Counted from the stretch's first letter, positions 1 to 9,670 are shown. The stretch is DNA of 50,359 bases from Candidatus Bathyarchaeia archaeon (GCA_049512075.1 JBEKXL010000016.1:1-50359); one strand, 5' to 3'. The notes: generated by a model from the sequence alone, not told the origin. Translations and numbers: made by a program.

Positions 1-125
1 AACCCGTTGATTTGCCATCTTAGCGCGCGGCCAAGATTTGCCCAGAAAACAAGCCCATATCCAACTCGAAAAGACAAAAGAAGAATAAAAACCATTTTTA
101 ACCATTTTAGGGACAAGCCAGCGCG

Positions 126-392
126 CTAAACGTACAGCTTAGACGAACCTGAAAAATACGTCTCGTCGGAGTACACGAGGACTGGAAGCCCGAAGCCTGT
201 TCCTTCTCCAACGGCTTCTGTTCCGTTGACGACCAGAATGAGGGCCTTCTGCAGGTCAGCTATCTTCAGGTTGCGCGGCTCCGTGCTTGCGTAGAGGCGG
301 AGGGACACAGGGTCTGACAGGGAAAAGGTGTGCGTATCGACATGCTGAAGGTTATGGTAAGACTTTCGAGTGGCAGATAGGTTCGCAGACAT
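126..392 (-). pseudogene. Probably truncated archaeal hypothetical protein
   Basis: 88-aa ORF with a protein-like core (ADLQKALILVVNGTEAVGEGTGFGLPVLVYSDETYF). It stops at a TAG that overlaps GCGCGC (121-126). Truncation is inferred, not proven. Confidence 0.45.
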
Positions 393-515
393 TCAGAAAT
401 CACTTGTTCATTCATGGAACGGTTACACGTTCTTTTGAGCCTTGCCTTTCTTAAACTTTTAATACTCAAGGCATATTGAGGCTAATTGTAATGAAGCAGC
501 AGGAAGAATCATGGT

Positions 516-983
516 ATGCAGGAGAGAGTGAAGGTAGGCGACAAGTTCAGGGACTTCAGTTTGGAGGACCAGAACGAAGAGGTGTTTACTCTTTCGAAGT
601 TTAAGGGAAAGAGGGTTTTGCTTTCGTTCCATCCTTTGGCGTGGACTTCCGTGTGTTCTGAACAGATGAAGTCTCTGGAAAAGAATAAGGAGGCTTTTGA
701 TTCTCTCAACACGATAGCCGTTGGCGTTAGCGTTGACACTGTGCCATCGAAAAAGGCCTGGGCAAAAAGCTTGAACATCGAGAACACGAGGCTGCTGTCG
801 GATTTCTGGCCGCACGGCAAAGTCGCGGAGACCTACGGCATTTTCAGGAGCAAGTACGGGACCTCAGAACGTGCCAACATCATCATTGACGAAAATCAGA
901 AAGTCGCATTCGTCAAAGTCTATCCAGTCGAGCAGCTTCCGGACATAAAAGAAGTCACAGAGGCTCTCAGGAAACTGGGTTAG
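516..983 (+). CDS. Peroxiredoxin (AhpC/TSA family, AhpE/BCP-like)
   Basis: FHPLAWTSVC matches the PxxxTxxC peroxidatic motif; also LLSDF and ERANIIID. Confidence 0.9.
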   Translation: MQERVKVGDKFRDFSLEDQNEEVFTLSKFKGKRVLLSFHPLAWTSVCSEQMKSLEKNKEAFDSLNTIAVGVSVDTVPSKKAWAKSLNIENTRLLSDFWPHGKVAETYGIFRSKYGTSERANIIIDENQKVAFVKVYPVEQLPDIKEVTEALRKLG

Positions 984-987
984 ACGT

Positions 988-1386
988 TCACTTCTTGAAG
1001 TACTTCTTCAGGGGGTCCCAGTAGAAGTCTGTCCATCCCTGTGCAACGTCTGCGGCTTGTTCAGCGGGAACGCCAGAATGGACCATGGAGAGTTCCGTGC
1101 CGCCCTCTGCCTTTTTGAAATTGAGCTCCAGCCTTGACGGAGGTTGACCTTCGGGCCACTCTGTGGTCATCCACTCTTGCACTATTCTTTTTCCCCGTTC
1201 CAGTTCCAGGTTTTTCCCGGAGATGTACCCATCCCACGCTGTGAACTGTCCTCCGACCTTTGGGTCGCAGGTGGCTTTGCTGCCGGTGAACTTTGAATGT
1301 TTTTTCGCGTCGACGAAAGCTTCATACACCTCGGTTGGCGTGGCGGGTATGAGCACTTTCTGCCTTATCGTCTCAGTTTTCACCAT
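988..1386 (-). CDS. SRPBCC/Aha1 C-terminal-like (AHSA1) domain protein
   Basis: VYEAF..FTG..GGQF..WDG.ISG..RIVQEW...GWTDFYW pattern. Confidence 0.85.
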   Translation of the reverse strand: MVKTETIRQKVLIPATPTEVYEAFVDAKKHSKFTGSKATCDPKVGGQFTAWDGYISGKNLELERGKRIVQEWMTTEWPEGQPPSRLELNFKKAEGGTELSMVHSGVPAEQAADVAQGWTDFYWDPLKKYFKK

Positions 1387-1599
1387 GAAGAACCTCCTTG
1401 CATCAGATCAGAAACCTCTGGCTAACATGAGGGAAGGGGTATGTAAGCGTTAGGATTCAAGGCCTTTGCTTTTGAGTGCCTAATTCGCGACTTCTTGTGT
1501 GCTCAGTTGGGGATTTGTGGGAAGGGTGTGGGGAAGGGTCGGAGCGGTCGGGGTGGTGGGAGCGGTTCTGGTTCTATGTCAAGGTTTGCTGGGAATCTC

Positions 1600-2529
1600 T
1601 CAATCATCTTCTTCACTCTCGGCTACGGTTGGGGTTATGGTGAGTTGCATCAGTTTTTCTTCGCGGAGTATTAATAGCGTTGTCTTTTTTCCGATGACGT
1701 CTTCGGTTAGGAGTCTTGGGAGGTCGTAGAAGGTTGTTACGGGTTTTTCGTTGAACTTCACTATGACGTCGCCCATTGTTAGACCGGCCTTTTTGGCGGG
1801 GGCGCCCTGTTCAACTTGGAACACCATTACGCCTGAGTCTTGATCTATGCGTGCCTGGCTTGCGATTTCTTGCGGGATCGAAACGGTGTTGGACACTATG
1901 CCCAAGTATGCCCTTCTGAGCTTCCCTCCGGACATGAGTCTGTCAGCGATGTTTTTCACCTTGTTCGCGGGGATGGCTATACCTCGAGACCAAACGTACG
2001 CCGTGTTTAGACCTATCACCTTGCCGGAAACGTCTATGAGCGGTCCGCCTGAGAAGCCTGGGTTGAGTCTAGCGTCGGTTGCTATCACGTTTTCCATGGC
2101 GGTTCCTCTCCAGCCTCTGAGCGTAGCGCCGACGCTGGTGATTATGCCCGTTGTTGCGGTCGGTTGCCTGTTGAAGGGATTGGCAAGGGCAAGAACGAAC
2201 TGGCCTGTGCTAAGCTTGTCCGAATCTCCGAATTCCACGGGTTTGAAGCGTCCCTCTTCAGCCTTCAGCAGTGCCACGTCAGAGTATGGGTCAAAGCCAA
2301 CGAGTTTGGCTTCAAGGCTTTTTTCGCCGAGGCCTATCCTGACCTCAGCGCTTCTACCAAGAACATGGTTGCACGTTACTATGTAGCCGTCTGCCGTCAA
2401 GACGACGCCTGTGCCTCTTGTCATCCTCGAGTTCACGTTGACCACGGAGGGTGCGAGTTTCTGAACGAGTTCGCTGGTAGCGTCCGAAAGCGATTTCAAA
2501 ATCTGTAATGAACTGATTTGATTACTCAT
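1600..2529 (-). CDS. HtrA/DegP-like trypsin serine protease with one PDZ domain
   Basis: Triad motifs VTCNHV, SDVALL and LNPGFSGGPL; C-terminal PDZ (YLGI..PAKKAGL..GDVI); no signal peptide visible. Confidence 0.9.
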   Translation of the reverse strand: MSNQISSLQILKSLSDATSELVQKLAPSVVNVNSRMTRGTGVVLTADGYIVTCNHVLGRSAEVRIGLGEKSLEAKLVGFDPYSDVALLKAEEGRFKPVEFGDSDKLSTGQFVLALANPFNRQPTATTGIITSVGATLRGWRGTAMENVIATDARLNPGFSGGPLIDVSGKVIGLNTAYVWSRGIAIPANKVKNIADRLMSGGKLRRAYLGIVSNTVSIPQEIASQARIDQDSGVMVFQVEQGAPAKKAGLTMGDVIVKFNEKPVTTFYDLPRLLTEDVIGKKTTLLILREEKLMQLTITPTVAESEEDD

Positions 2530-2602
2530 ACTTTTTCACCTCAAAAAAGGAAATAGCAGCGCTATATTTGTTGACTAAGGAAGAAAGAAAGTCAGTCACG
2601 AT

Positions 2603-3229
2603 CTATGCGGGCATCAAGTGCAGGTCGTAGCCGCCGAAGTAGGCCACGCGTCTGATCAGCTGGGAGCCGGAGCACAACTTGCCTATGTAAACCATCAGCT
2701 GGTAAGAGGCTTTCAGAGCCATGTTCAAATCCTTGTCTCGGAGAAACTTGGCCTCTATCGTCAAGGCGGGCTCTAGAATGTTCGCGTTCACCTGGATGCC
2801 GCCGTCTTCCGTAATCCACTTCAGCGTGATTCCCTCTTCGCCTTCCGTGCAACCCAACCAGCGCAGTAGCCCGAACCATTTGCCTTTGAGGTTCAGGATA
2901 AGCTGTTCCACTGATATGTTGGTGGGAACAAGCGTCTGTAGCAGAGGCATCCGAGACTCATCGCGGATGGTAGAATGCAGGGTCTGGAACTGGTTGATTT
3001 TGGATGTGACCTTGTAGCCTCCAGGCCCCTTCTCCACGATGCCTTCTTGTTCCAGCCTGCTGAGAATCCTAGAAAGGGTCTCAGGATGCAGGCCCAGTCT
3101 CCTCTTCAGCCCGTCGAAGGTGAACCTGGTCAAGGCTTCTTGGCTTATCAGGTTCAGAACGTCAGTGTCCCGCTCACTGAACGAAGACTCGGGAATGTGC
3201 CATTCATCATCCAAGGTTGTTCCAGTCAC
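2603..3229 (-). CDS. Winged-helix DNA-binding protein
   Basis: FTFDGLKRRLGLHPETLSRILSRLEQEGIVEK is HTH plus wing; the C-terminal domain is unassigned. Confidence 0.7.
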   Translation of the reverse strand: MTGTTLDDEWHIPESSFSERDTDVLNLISQEALTRFTFDGLKRRLGLHPETLSRILSRLEQEGIVEKGPGGYKVTSKINQFQTLHSTIRDESRMPLLQTLVPTNISVEQLILNLKGKWFGLLRWLGCTEGEEGITLKWITEDGGIQVNANILEPALTIEAKFLRDKDLNMALKASYQLMVYIGKLCSGSQLIRRVAYFGGYDLHLMPA

Positions 3230-3451
3230 CTACCATCTGCTCATTGCTGCCCTGCTCTTGAACCTTACTCTCTTCTCGGCTGAGAAACCAACGTGACTGC
3301 TGGCTTTTCAGAGGCGCACGCGGGATTCAGCGTTCGTCGTCCCCTTTGAACATGATTTCGATGATGTGACTCGTTTCGAGCCCCTGCTTCAGAGTGCCTC
3401 TTAAGTGATTTTTTGTGGCTCGATTTCGTGCTGGCTGATTTGCGGCGTTGC

Positions 3452-4354
3452 TCAGGGTTTGTAGAAGGAGGAGTGTAGTTCGGGCGGTTTTCTGGCACGT
3501 TTGGGGTTTTTCAGGAACGTGCCTTCTTCAAGTTCGTCGAAAGCGGTTTTCAGTTCTTCTTGGGTGTTCATGACGATTGGTCCAAGCCAAGTTACCGGTT
3601 CACCAATCGGTTTTCCGGATATCAGGAGGCACCGAAGACTTCTATCCTCAGTGCGAATCTTGACCTTCTCTCCTTCCTTGAAAATGACCACGTGCTCGAC
3701 GTCGATTGAGTCTGATTTCGAGGGGTCAAAGTAGCCACGGCCGCTAACCACGTATGCAAAGACTTTGTGTCCTTTCTTCGTCGAGTGTTCGAGCACTGTC
3801 TTTGGCTCCATCACGATGTCCAAGTATTCACAGTCCACGACAAGGTCTCTCACTGGGCCCTTGTTTCCTTCCACGTCGCCGCATATCACCTTAATTCTAA
3901 CACCTGGTTCCACCTCAACCTCCGGGATTTCCGCTCCTGTTATCCCTCTGTATCGGGGGTCGTCCATCTTGTGTGAGGAGGGCAGGTTCACCCACAGCTG
4001 GAAACCCCACATCAGACCGTTGGAACCTTTCGGCATTTCCTGATGGATGATGCCGTTGCCTGCGGTCATCCATTGAACATCTCCCGAACGGATGACGCCC
4101 TCGTTTCCCATGCTGTCTCCGTGTTTAACCATCCCTTCAAGCACATAGGTTACTGTCGCGATACCTCGATGAGGATGCCAGGGGAACCCCGCGATGTAGT
4201 CAAGGGGGTTGTCGGAATGAAAATCGTCAAGAAGCAAAAACGGGTCCAGCAGAGGAACTTCCTGAGGACCAAACGCGCGTTTGAGCTTGACGCCTGCACC
4301 TTCGAGAGTCGGCTTCCCTTTCAAGACTCTGTCTATTCTTCTAAAATCAGACAT
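3452..4354 (-). CDS. Pirin family protein
   Basis: DPFLLLDD, GFPWHPHRG, VQWMTAGNGIIHQE, FQLWVNLP, GPIVMNT. Start placed at ATG 4354, after a GGTGA SD-like site. Confidence 0.92.
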   Translation of the reverse strand: MSDFRRIDRVLKGKPTLEGAGVKLKRAFGPQEVPLLDPFLLLDDFHSDNPLDYIAGFPWHPHRGIATVTYVLEGMVKHGDSMGNEGVIRSGDVQWMTAGNGIIHQEMPKGSNGLMWGFQLWVNLPSSHKMDDPRYRGITGAEIPEVEVEPGVRIKVICGDVEGNKGPVRDLVVDCEYLDIVMEPKTVLEHSTKKGHKVFAYVVSGRGYFDPSKSDSIDVEHVVIFKEGEKVKIRTEDRSLRCLLISGKPIGEPVTWLGPIVMNTQEELKTAFDELEEGTFLKNPKRARKPPELHSSFYKP

Positions 4355-4606
4355 TTTCACCAACCAGATGATACAGCCCTGCAGGCTATTAAGCGCCACG
4401 ATCTGATGTTTCACAGACAGAAAATTTCAATCCATTTTTGCCGGTTGCAGATATTTGAGTCAAGGAACAGATATTGCGCGCGTTTCGAGTCTTTATGGTG
4501 AATTAAGCTGCGATTTTTCGAGACTCGGCTTCACGGCCGGTTGATTCAGGACACGCTAAGAATCCTAACCATGCGTGCTCAAAGCCTATCCTCGGAATCT
4601 AATGTA

Positions 4607-4984
4607 TTATGCAAATATTCGTAGCGCGGCGTTCATAGCGGAGACTGTATTGGAGGACAGCGACGGGAGGAGGTCTCCCAATTCAAAAATGGATGTGAAA
4701 TACAGGCCTACAAGCATGCATATGATTCCGATAATTACGATGTAGAGTCCGCGGTTTCCTTGCTCTTTTCTCCATGTGTATGCTCCGAGGATTATTGCTA
4801 TCGGACCGAATATCTCAGGTACGATGATTAGGCTGAGAACAGCGCTGACGATTCCCAGGGTAGCACGAATTCCCACATTGCCTCCCGCGGGCGGGAACGA
4901 TGGACCCGATTGAGGCGGGCTTGATTGACTGCCGAAATTGGTTCCCTCAGCGATTGATGTGACCCATCCTGAAGAGCGAGACAT
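4607..4984 (-). CDS. Small membrane protein (DUF4190-like)
   Basis: Pro-rich N-terminus followed by hydrophobic segments (LGIVSAVLSLII..FGPIAIILG; GLYIVIIGIICMLVG). Confidence 0.6.
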   Translation of the reverse strand: MSRSSGWVTSIAEGTNFGSQSSPPQSGPSFPPAGGNVGIRATLGIVSAVLSLIIVPEIFGPIAIILGAYTWRKEQGNRGLYIVIIGIICMLVGLYFTSIFELGDLLPSLSSNTVSAMNAALRIFA

Positions 4985-5123
4985 GAGTTCACCACATATC
5001 TGCCGTAGATACTTCGTTGCTATTTAACTTTAGCGCGCTTCAGTGCAAAAACCTGTTTGATAACAAGAATTATCTGCACACAGAGATACATATTGGAATC
5101 GGAGGCAGGTTTGGCTGGAAAAG

Positions 5124-5966
5124 TTGACCAAGGTCGAGTTCACAAACCTGGACAAGATACTATATCCTGAGGGAAGGGTCACTAAGGCGCAGGTAATTCA
5201 ACACTACATCAGAATGGCTCCCAGAATGCTGGGCATGTTAAAGAACAGGCCGATAGTTTTGACGAGATTTCCAAACGGCATTGACAAACAGGGCTTTTAC
5301 GAGAAGGATATGCCTCTGGGCACTCCCCATTGGGTGAAGACTTTCAGGAAATACTCTGAAACCGCCGAACGGGAAATAAACTATGTTGTGTGCAACGACT
5401 TGGACACGCTGGTCTGGCTTGCCAACCTCGCAGCTTTAGAGCTTCACATGACACTTTCCAAGATGGACGAATTTGAGAAGCCAGACCTCCTCGTTTTCGA
5501 CGTTGACCCTGAGCCGCCAGCAAGTATGGACGACGTAGTCGATGTGGCGTTAATGCTGAAGACGAAGCTTGACGGCTTAAGCCTTAAATCTTACGTGAAG
5601 ACTTCCGGAAAAAAAGGCTTGCATATTCTTGTTCCCATAGTTCGCGAGTACACGTTCAATCAGACGAGAGAACACGTGCACCAAATCGGAAGGTATTTGG
5701 CCAGAGAATCTCCCGTCGTCGTCTCAGAGTTTTCCAAGCCAAAAAAACCCGGTACCGTTTACATTGATTATCTGCAGAATTCTCATGGAAGAACCATGGT
5801 GTGCCCCTACAGTCTAAGGGCCACGCCACGAGCAACGGTTTCTATGCCGTTGGACTGGAGAGACGTCAAGAAAGGGTTAAAGCCAGAGGAATTCACTTTG
5901 TCAGCGGTTGCCAAGTCTGAGAGCAACCCATGGAAGGGAATGCTTGAAGACAAACAGAAACTCTGA
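5124..5966 (+). CDS. ligD: Stand-alone LigD polymerase/primase domain (NHEJ PolDom)
   Basis: TNLDKILYP, RFPNGI..FYEK, FDVDP (DxD), KTSGKKGLH, YIDYLQN, PYSLRA. Confidence 0.92.
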   Translation: MTKVEFTNLDKILYPEGRVTKAQVIQHYIRMAPRMLGMLKNRPIVLTRFPNGIDKQGFYEKDMPLGTPHWVKTFRKYSETAEREINYVVCNDLDTLVWLANLAALELHMTLSKMDEFEKPDLLVFDVDPEPPASMDDVVDVALMLKTKLDGLSLKSYVKTSGKKGLHILVPIVREYTFNQTREHVHQIGRYLARESPVVVSEFSKPKKPGTVYIDYLQNSHGRTMVCPYSLRATPRATVSMPLDWRDVKKGLKPEEFTLSAVAKSESNPWKGMLEDKQKL

Positions 5967-5978
5967 GAAGAGTGTGGA

Positions 5979-6791
5979 TTGATGGAAGAAGAACCAATGG
6001 AAGAAGCAAATGCACGAATTCCTAAGAGACCGTTTTGGAGTGGGGCTGTGACAATAGGGCTGGTCAACGTGCCGGTTAAGCTTTACACGATGACGTTTGA
6101 CAAGGCTTTTTCTTTCAGGTTTCTTCACAAACAGGATGGGCAGCCCCTGAAGTATCAGAAGGTGTGCGTTAAAGACAACGCAGTCGTTCCTTGGGAAGAC
6201 ACTGTGAGAGGTTATGAAGTGAGCAAGAACCGCTTCATAGTTTTCCAGAAGGAGGAGCTTGACGCCGCGAGACCGCAGTCGAGTCAGAAAATCCGCATCG
6301 ACAAGTTTGTGGACTACCTCTCTATCGATCCGATATACTTTGAAAGATCATATGTCCTCACGCCTGACAAGAGCAATGAAGCCTACAGCTTACTCTTGAC
6401 GTCCCTACAGAAAACGCACAAGGCCGGAGCGGGAAGAATCACTCTGAGAACGAAGGAGTATCCTGTCTTGTTGCACGCTTACAAGGGAGCCTTGGTGCTG
6501 ACCACGCTTCGATACGCCTACGAGATTTCAGATCCGAACAACTTCGAAGAACTGAAACGACTCATGGAACCGGAGAAGAAAGAGTTAGACCTCGCCGTGA
6601 AGATAATAAACGATCTTTCAGGCGAGTTTGACATAACGGAATACGAGGACACCTACGAGGAGAGGATCCGGAAACTGATTGCAAAGAAGCTCAAGGGTGA
6701 AACAATCGTCGCTGAAAAACCCGTGAAAGAGGAAGCCAAGGAGCTCATGGCAGCCCTGCAAGAGACGCTCAATCAGCTGAAGAAACAATGA
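5979..6791 (+). CDS. ku: Prokaryotic Ku DNA end-binding protein
   Basis: WSGAVTIGLVNVPVKLY, F.FLH, RGYE, IDPIYFERSY, YEDTY, LMAALQETL. Confidence 0.95.
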   Translation: MMEEEPMEEANARIPKRPFWSGAVTIGLVNVPVKLYTMTFDKAFSFRFLHKQDGQPLKYQKVCVKDNAVVPWEDTVRGYEVSKNRFIVFQKEELDAARPQSSQKIRIDKFVDYLSIDPIYFERSYVLTPDKSNEAYSLLLTSLQKTHKAGAGRITLRTKEYPVLLHAYKGALVLTTLRYAYEISDPNNFEELKRLMEPEKKELDLAVKIINDLSGEFDITEYEDTYEERIRKLIAKKLKGETIVAEKPVKEEAKELMAALQETLNQLKKQ

Positions 6792-8191
6792 GACAGCAAT
6801 ACAGGCCAATGCTTGCACAGCACGCTGAAAAGCCTTTCAATTCAGAAGATTGGATATTCGAGGTCAAATGGGATGGCATAAGGGCCATAAGTTACGTTGA
6901 CGGCGGACTTAGCATTAGAAGCAGAAACAACAAAGAACTGAGATATAATTTTCCCGAACTTGAAGAGTTGAAGAAACTGACAGAAAACGCGGTGATTGAC
7001 GGTGAAATAATCGTCATGAAAGGTGGCAAGGCCGACTTTCAGGCGCTCGCGGAAAGAAGCAAAACCACTTCGATTGAAAACGTTAAGTATCTGTCGCAAG
7101 CGTCACCCGCAAACTACATAGTGTTCGACATGCTAGAGAAGGACGGGGACCCTCTTGTTGAGCTTCCACTGATGGAGAGAAAGAGACTTTTGAAAGAGTA
7201 CGTGCGCGAGGGAAGCTTTGTTGTGCTGTCCGCATTTGTGGAAACAGAGGGGGAAGCGTACTACAAGGTTGCCTTGGCGAAGGGCATGGAGGGCATGATG
7301 GCCAAGAAAAGAGACAGCCAATATGAGCCCGGAGCCAGAAGCGCAAACTGGTTAAAGATTAAACCCATCCTCACGTGCGACTGCGTAGTCTTTGGCTACA
7401 CGGTCGGCGAGGGCGCGAGAAAGCCGACCTTTGGAGCGCTGATTCTGGGACTGTTTGGCGAAACGGGACCTGTCTACGTGGGTAAAGTGGGAACCGGCTT
7501 CAACCGAGAAGACTTGGAGTCAATGTTGAAAATGTTTGTGCCCCTGCAAGTCAAGGATAAGACTCTTGAAGGGGTTGTTTCCCTGGAAGAGATAGTTTGG
7601 TTAAAGCCTGAAGCCGTTTGCGAGGTGGCTTATCAAAACGTTACCAAGGATGGCAGACTGCGCATGCCCCGATTTCTTGGACTTAGAAAAGATAAGCTTC
7701 CTTCTGAGTGCACGTTGGATCAGATAACCCAAGGCAGGCTCGAACCGTACGTTTCGAGGAGAGATTTCGGCGTCACGCCTGAACCATCGGGGACTGTAAG
7801 TTCTGAGAAGGAAGGGCGGGCATTTGTCGTTCAGGAGCATCATGCGAGAAGACTTCATTACGACTTGCGGTTGGAGAAGGACGGCGTGCTGAAAAGCTGG
7901 GCCGTTCCAAAGGGGATACCGGAGCAGTCGGGCGAGAAAAGGCTCGCCGTGGAAACGGAGGATCATCCGCTGAAATACCGGAGTTTCGAGGGAACCATAC
8001 CGGAAGGACAGTATGGCGCGGGCACGGTGAAGATATTTGACAGCGGGACATACGAAACGAAGGTTTGGAGTGAAAACATGGTGGAGGTCACTCTCCACGG
8101 CCAGAGACTACGTGGCAGGTATGTGCTGGCACGCTTCAAGAAGGCAGGGGAGAAACAGTGGCTACTCCTGAAGGCAAAAGAGGCAGAATAG
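6788..8191 (+). CDS. ligD: ATP-dependent NHEJ DNA ligase with C-terminal 3'-phosphoesterase (PE) domain
   Basis: Ligase motifs EVKWDGIR, DGEI, FDML, EGMMAK, WLKIK and an OB fold, then PE signatures RDFGVTPEP, QEHHARRLHYDLRLE, KSWAVPKG, EDHP..Y, YGAG. ATGA overlap with ku. Confidence 0.93.
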   Translation: MRQQYRPMLAQHAEKPFNSEDWIFEVKWDGIRAISYVDGGLSIRSRNNKELRYNFPELEELKKLTENAVIDGEIIVMKGGKADFQALAERSKTTSIENVKYLSQASPANYIVFDMLEKDGDPLVELPLMERKRLLKEYVREGSFVVLSAFVETEGEAYYKVALAKGMEGMMAKKRDSQYEPGARSANWLKIKPILTCDCVVFGYTVGEGARKPTFGALILGLFGETGPVYVGKVGTGFNREDLESMLKMFVPLQVKDKTLEGVVSLEEIVWLKPEAVCEVAYQNVTKDGRLRMPRFLGLRKDKLPSECTLDQITQGRLEPYVSRRDFGVTPEPSGTVSSEKEGRAFVVQEHHARRLHYDLRLEKDGVLKSWAVPKGIPEQSGEKRLAVETEDHPLKYRSFEGTIPEGQYGAGTVKIFDSGTYETKVWSENMVEVTLHGQRLRGRYVLARFKKAGEKQWLLLKAKEAE

Positions 8192-8919
8192 AAAAACCGC
8201 ACATTGGCACGATGGGCTGGAGCTACGGGTTCTGGGTCAGCCACTTCTATCCAGAAAGGCTGAAGCCCACAGCGTTTCTGGCCGAGTATGCGAAGCATTT
8301 TGACACGGTACAATTGGACAACACGTTCTACAGGATTCCGTCGACAAGCACAACGAAGACTTGGAGAGAACAGACTCCTGAGGGGTTCTTGTTCTCCGCC
8401 AAATTTCCCAGAGTCATAACCCACATCAAAATGCTGCGAAACTGCGAAAGAGAGGTGGCCACCTTCATTTCAAGAATGTCCCAGTTGCAGAACAAACTCG
8501 GACCGCTTCTGCTCCAGTTTCCCAGCTCATTCGGAGCCAAGCATTTTCCAGATTTACGGGAGTTTTTGTCAACCTTGCCCAAGGGCTATCGTTACGCCGT
8601 TGAAGTGAGAAACAAAGACTGGGCAGGAGAAAAATTGAACCCTCTTCTCAGAGAAAACGGCGTGGCCAAGGTTTTCGTTGGTCAGCCTGTTTTCGAGGCG
8701 ACAGCTGGTTTTGTCTACATAAGATGGGAAGGAGATAGGAGCAAAGTGCATGGAACTTTGGGCAAGGTGGAAGTTGACAGAACAGAGGATATTGGAAAGA
8801 TGGCGGCCGGGGTGAAGAATTTCCTGGATCAACACCTGGAGGTTTTTGGGTATTTTAGTAAGTACTATTCAGGCTACCCTCCAAGCGATGCAGAGCAGCT
8901 TCTTAACTTATTGCAATGA
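8158..8919 (+). CDS. DUF72 (YecE-like) protein
   Basis: IGTMGWSY, FYP, LAEYA..FDTVQLDNTFYRIP, KFPRVITH, LGPLLLQFP, AVEVR. Overlaps the ligase 3' end; the exact start is uncertain. Confidence 0.88.
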   Translation: MATPEGKRGRIEKPHIGTMGWSYGFWVSHFYPERLKPTAFLAEYAKHFDTVQLDNTFYRIPSTSTTKTWREQTPEGFLFSAKFPRVITHIKMLRNCEREVATFISRMSQLQNKLGPLLLQFPSSFGAKHFPDLREFLSTLPKGYRYAVEVRNKDWAGEKLNPLLRENGVAKVFVGQPVFEATAGFVYIRWEGDRSKVHGTLGKVEVDRTEDIGKMAAGVKNFLDQHLEVFGYFSKYYSGYPPSDAEQLLNLLQ

Positions 8920-9016
8920 AACACCGCACTGCTTCCTGAAACAGCGTATCTATTGACATCAACAAATTTGAACAGGCGCTTTGGATTAACGTAGCCTGCA
9001 AAGACGCGGGCCGTGC

Positions 9017-9670
9017 TCACTTCTTGACTAATACGATCTTGACCAGCAGAGGTTCAAGTTGCCCAACCTTGGCATCGGCGAACCTGTTCTTGTGGTCTCT
9101 GAGTATTGCCGTGGCGTGCTCGGCTGTCATCGTGTGCTTATTTAGCATTCTCATGACTGAGCGTGCGATTTTTCTTGTAACGATGTTGTACCTGCCGTTC
9201 ATCCACGCTTCGCTTTGCGGTGTTAGGTCACTGTTCACTTCGTATATCCAAACCTCTCCTCCGCTTTTCAAGGCCCTGTACAGCTCTTCAAACGCCGTGG
9301 GTGGGTTTGACAAATGATGAAAGCTCAGCGTTGCCACCGCAAGATCTACGGATTCGTTTGGCATGCCGATTTCTGCAGCGTCACCTACGAGGCCGTGCAC
9401 GTTCTCCACGTGTGCTCTCTTTGCATTTGCGCGAGCTATCTTTATCATATCCCGTGAAACATCGAGTCCAACAACTTCCAATGACGGATTCTTAATAGCG
9501 ATACAAGTGGGGAGACATCCTGGGCCCGTTCCAACATCCAGGACTGTGCCGGATGCAACTCTGTCTAGAATTTCATTCGCAACTATGGCGTTGATGTCCC
9601 TGAACAAAGAGATACGTCTGGTAGCGAATGCGTATAGACTCGCTCCAAATCCCGTAAACAAGATGGGCAT
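9017..9670 (-). CDS. Class I SAM-dependent methyltransferase
   Basis: VLDVGTGPG, VGLDVS, GDA, SFHH, LKSGG. Confidence 0.88.
   Translation of the reverse strand: MPILFTGFGASLYAFATRRISLFRDINAIVANEILDRVASGTVLDVGTGPGCLPTCIAIKNPSLEVVGLDVSRDMIKIARANAKRAHVENVHGLVGDAAEIGMPNESVDLAVATLSFHHLSNPPTAFEELYRALKSGGEVWIYEVNSDLTPQSEAWMNGRYNIVTRKIARSVMRMLNKHTMTAEHATAILRDHKNRFADAKVGQLEPLLVKIVLVKK

Noticed and set aside
91-110. ACCATTTTTA ACCATTTTAG direct duplication
   Set aside because: Only two low-complexity units, with no further support.
1-128. Possible pyrrolysine readthrough: the frame of ORF 126-392 stays open for about 41 codons after its TAG
   Set aside because: An open run this short is plausible by chance, the sequence is T-rich and looks intergenic, and no pyl genes are in the window.
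1847-2386. Long antisense ORFs (also 27835-28383, 39903-40583, 44484-45092 and others)
   Set aside because: They are shadows of well-supported genes on the opposite strand.
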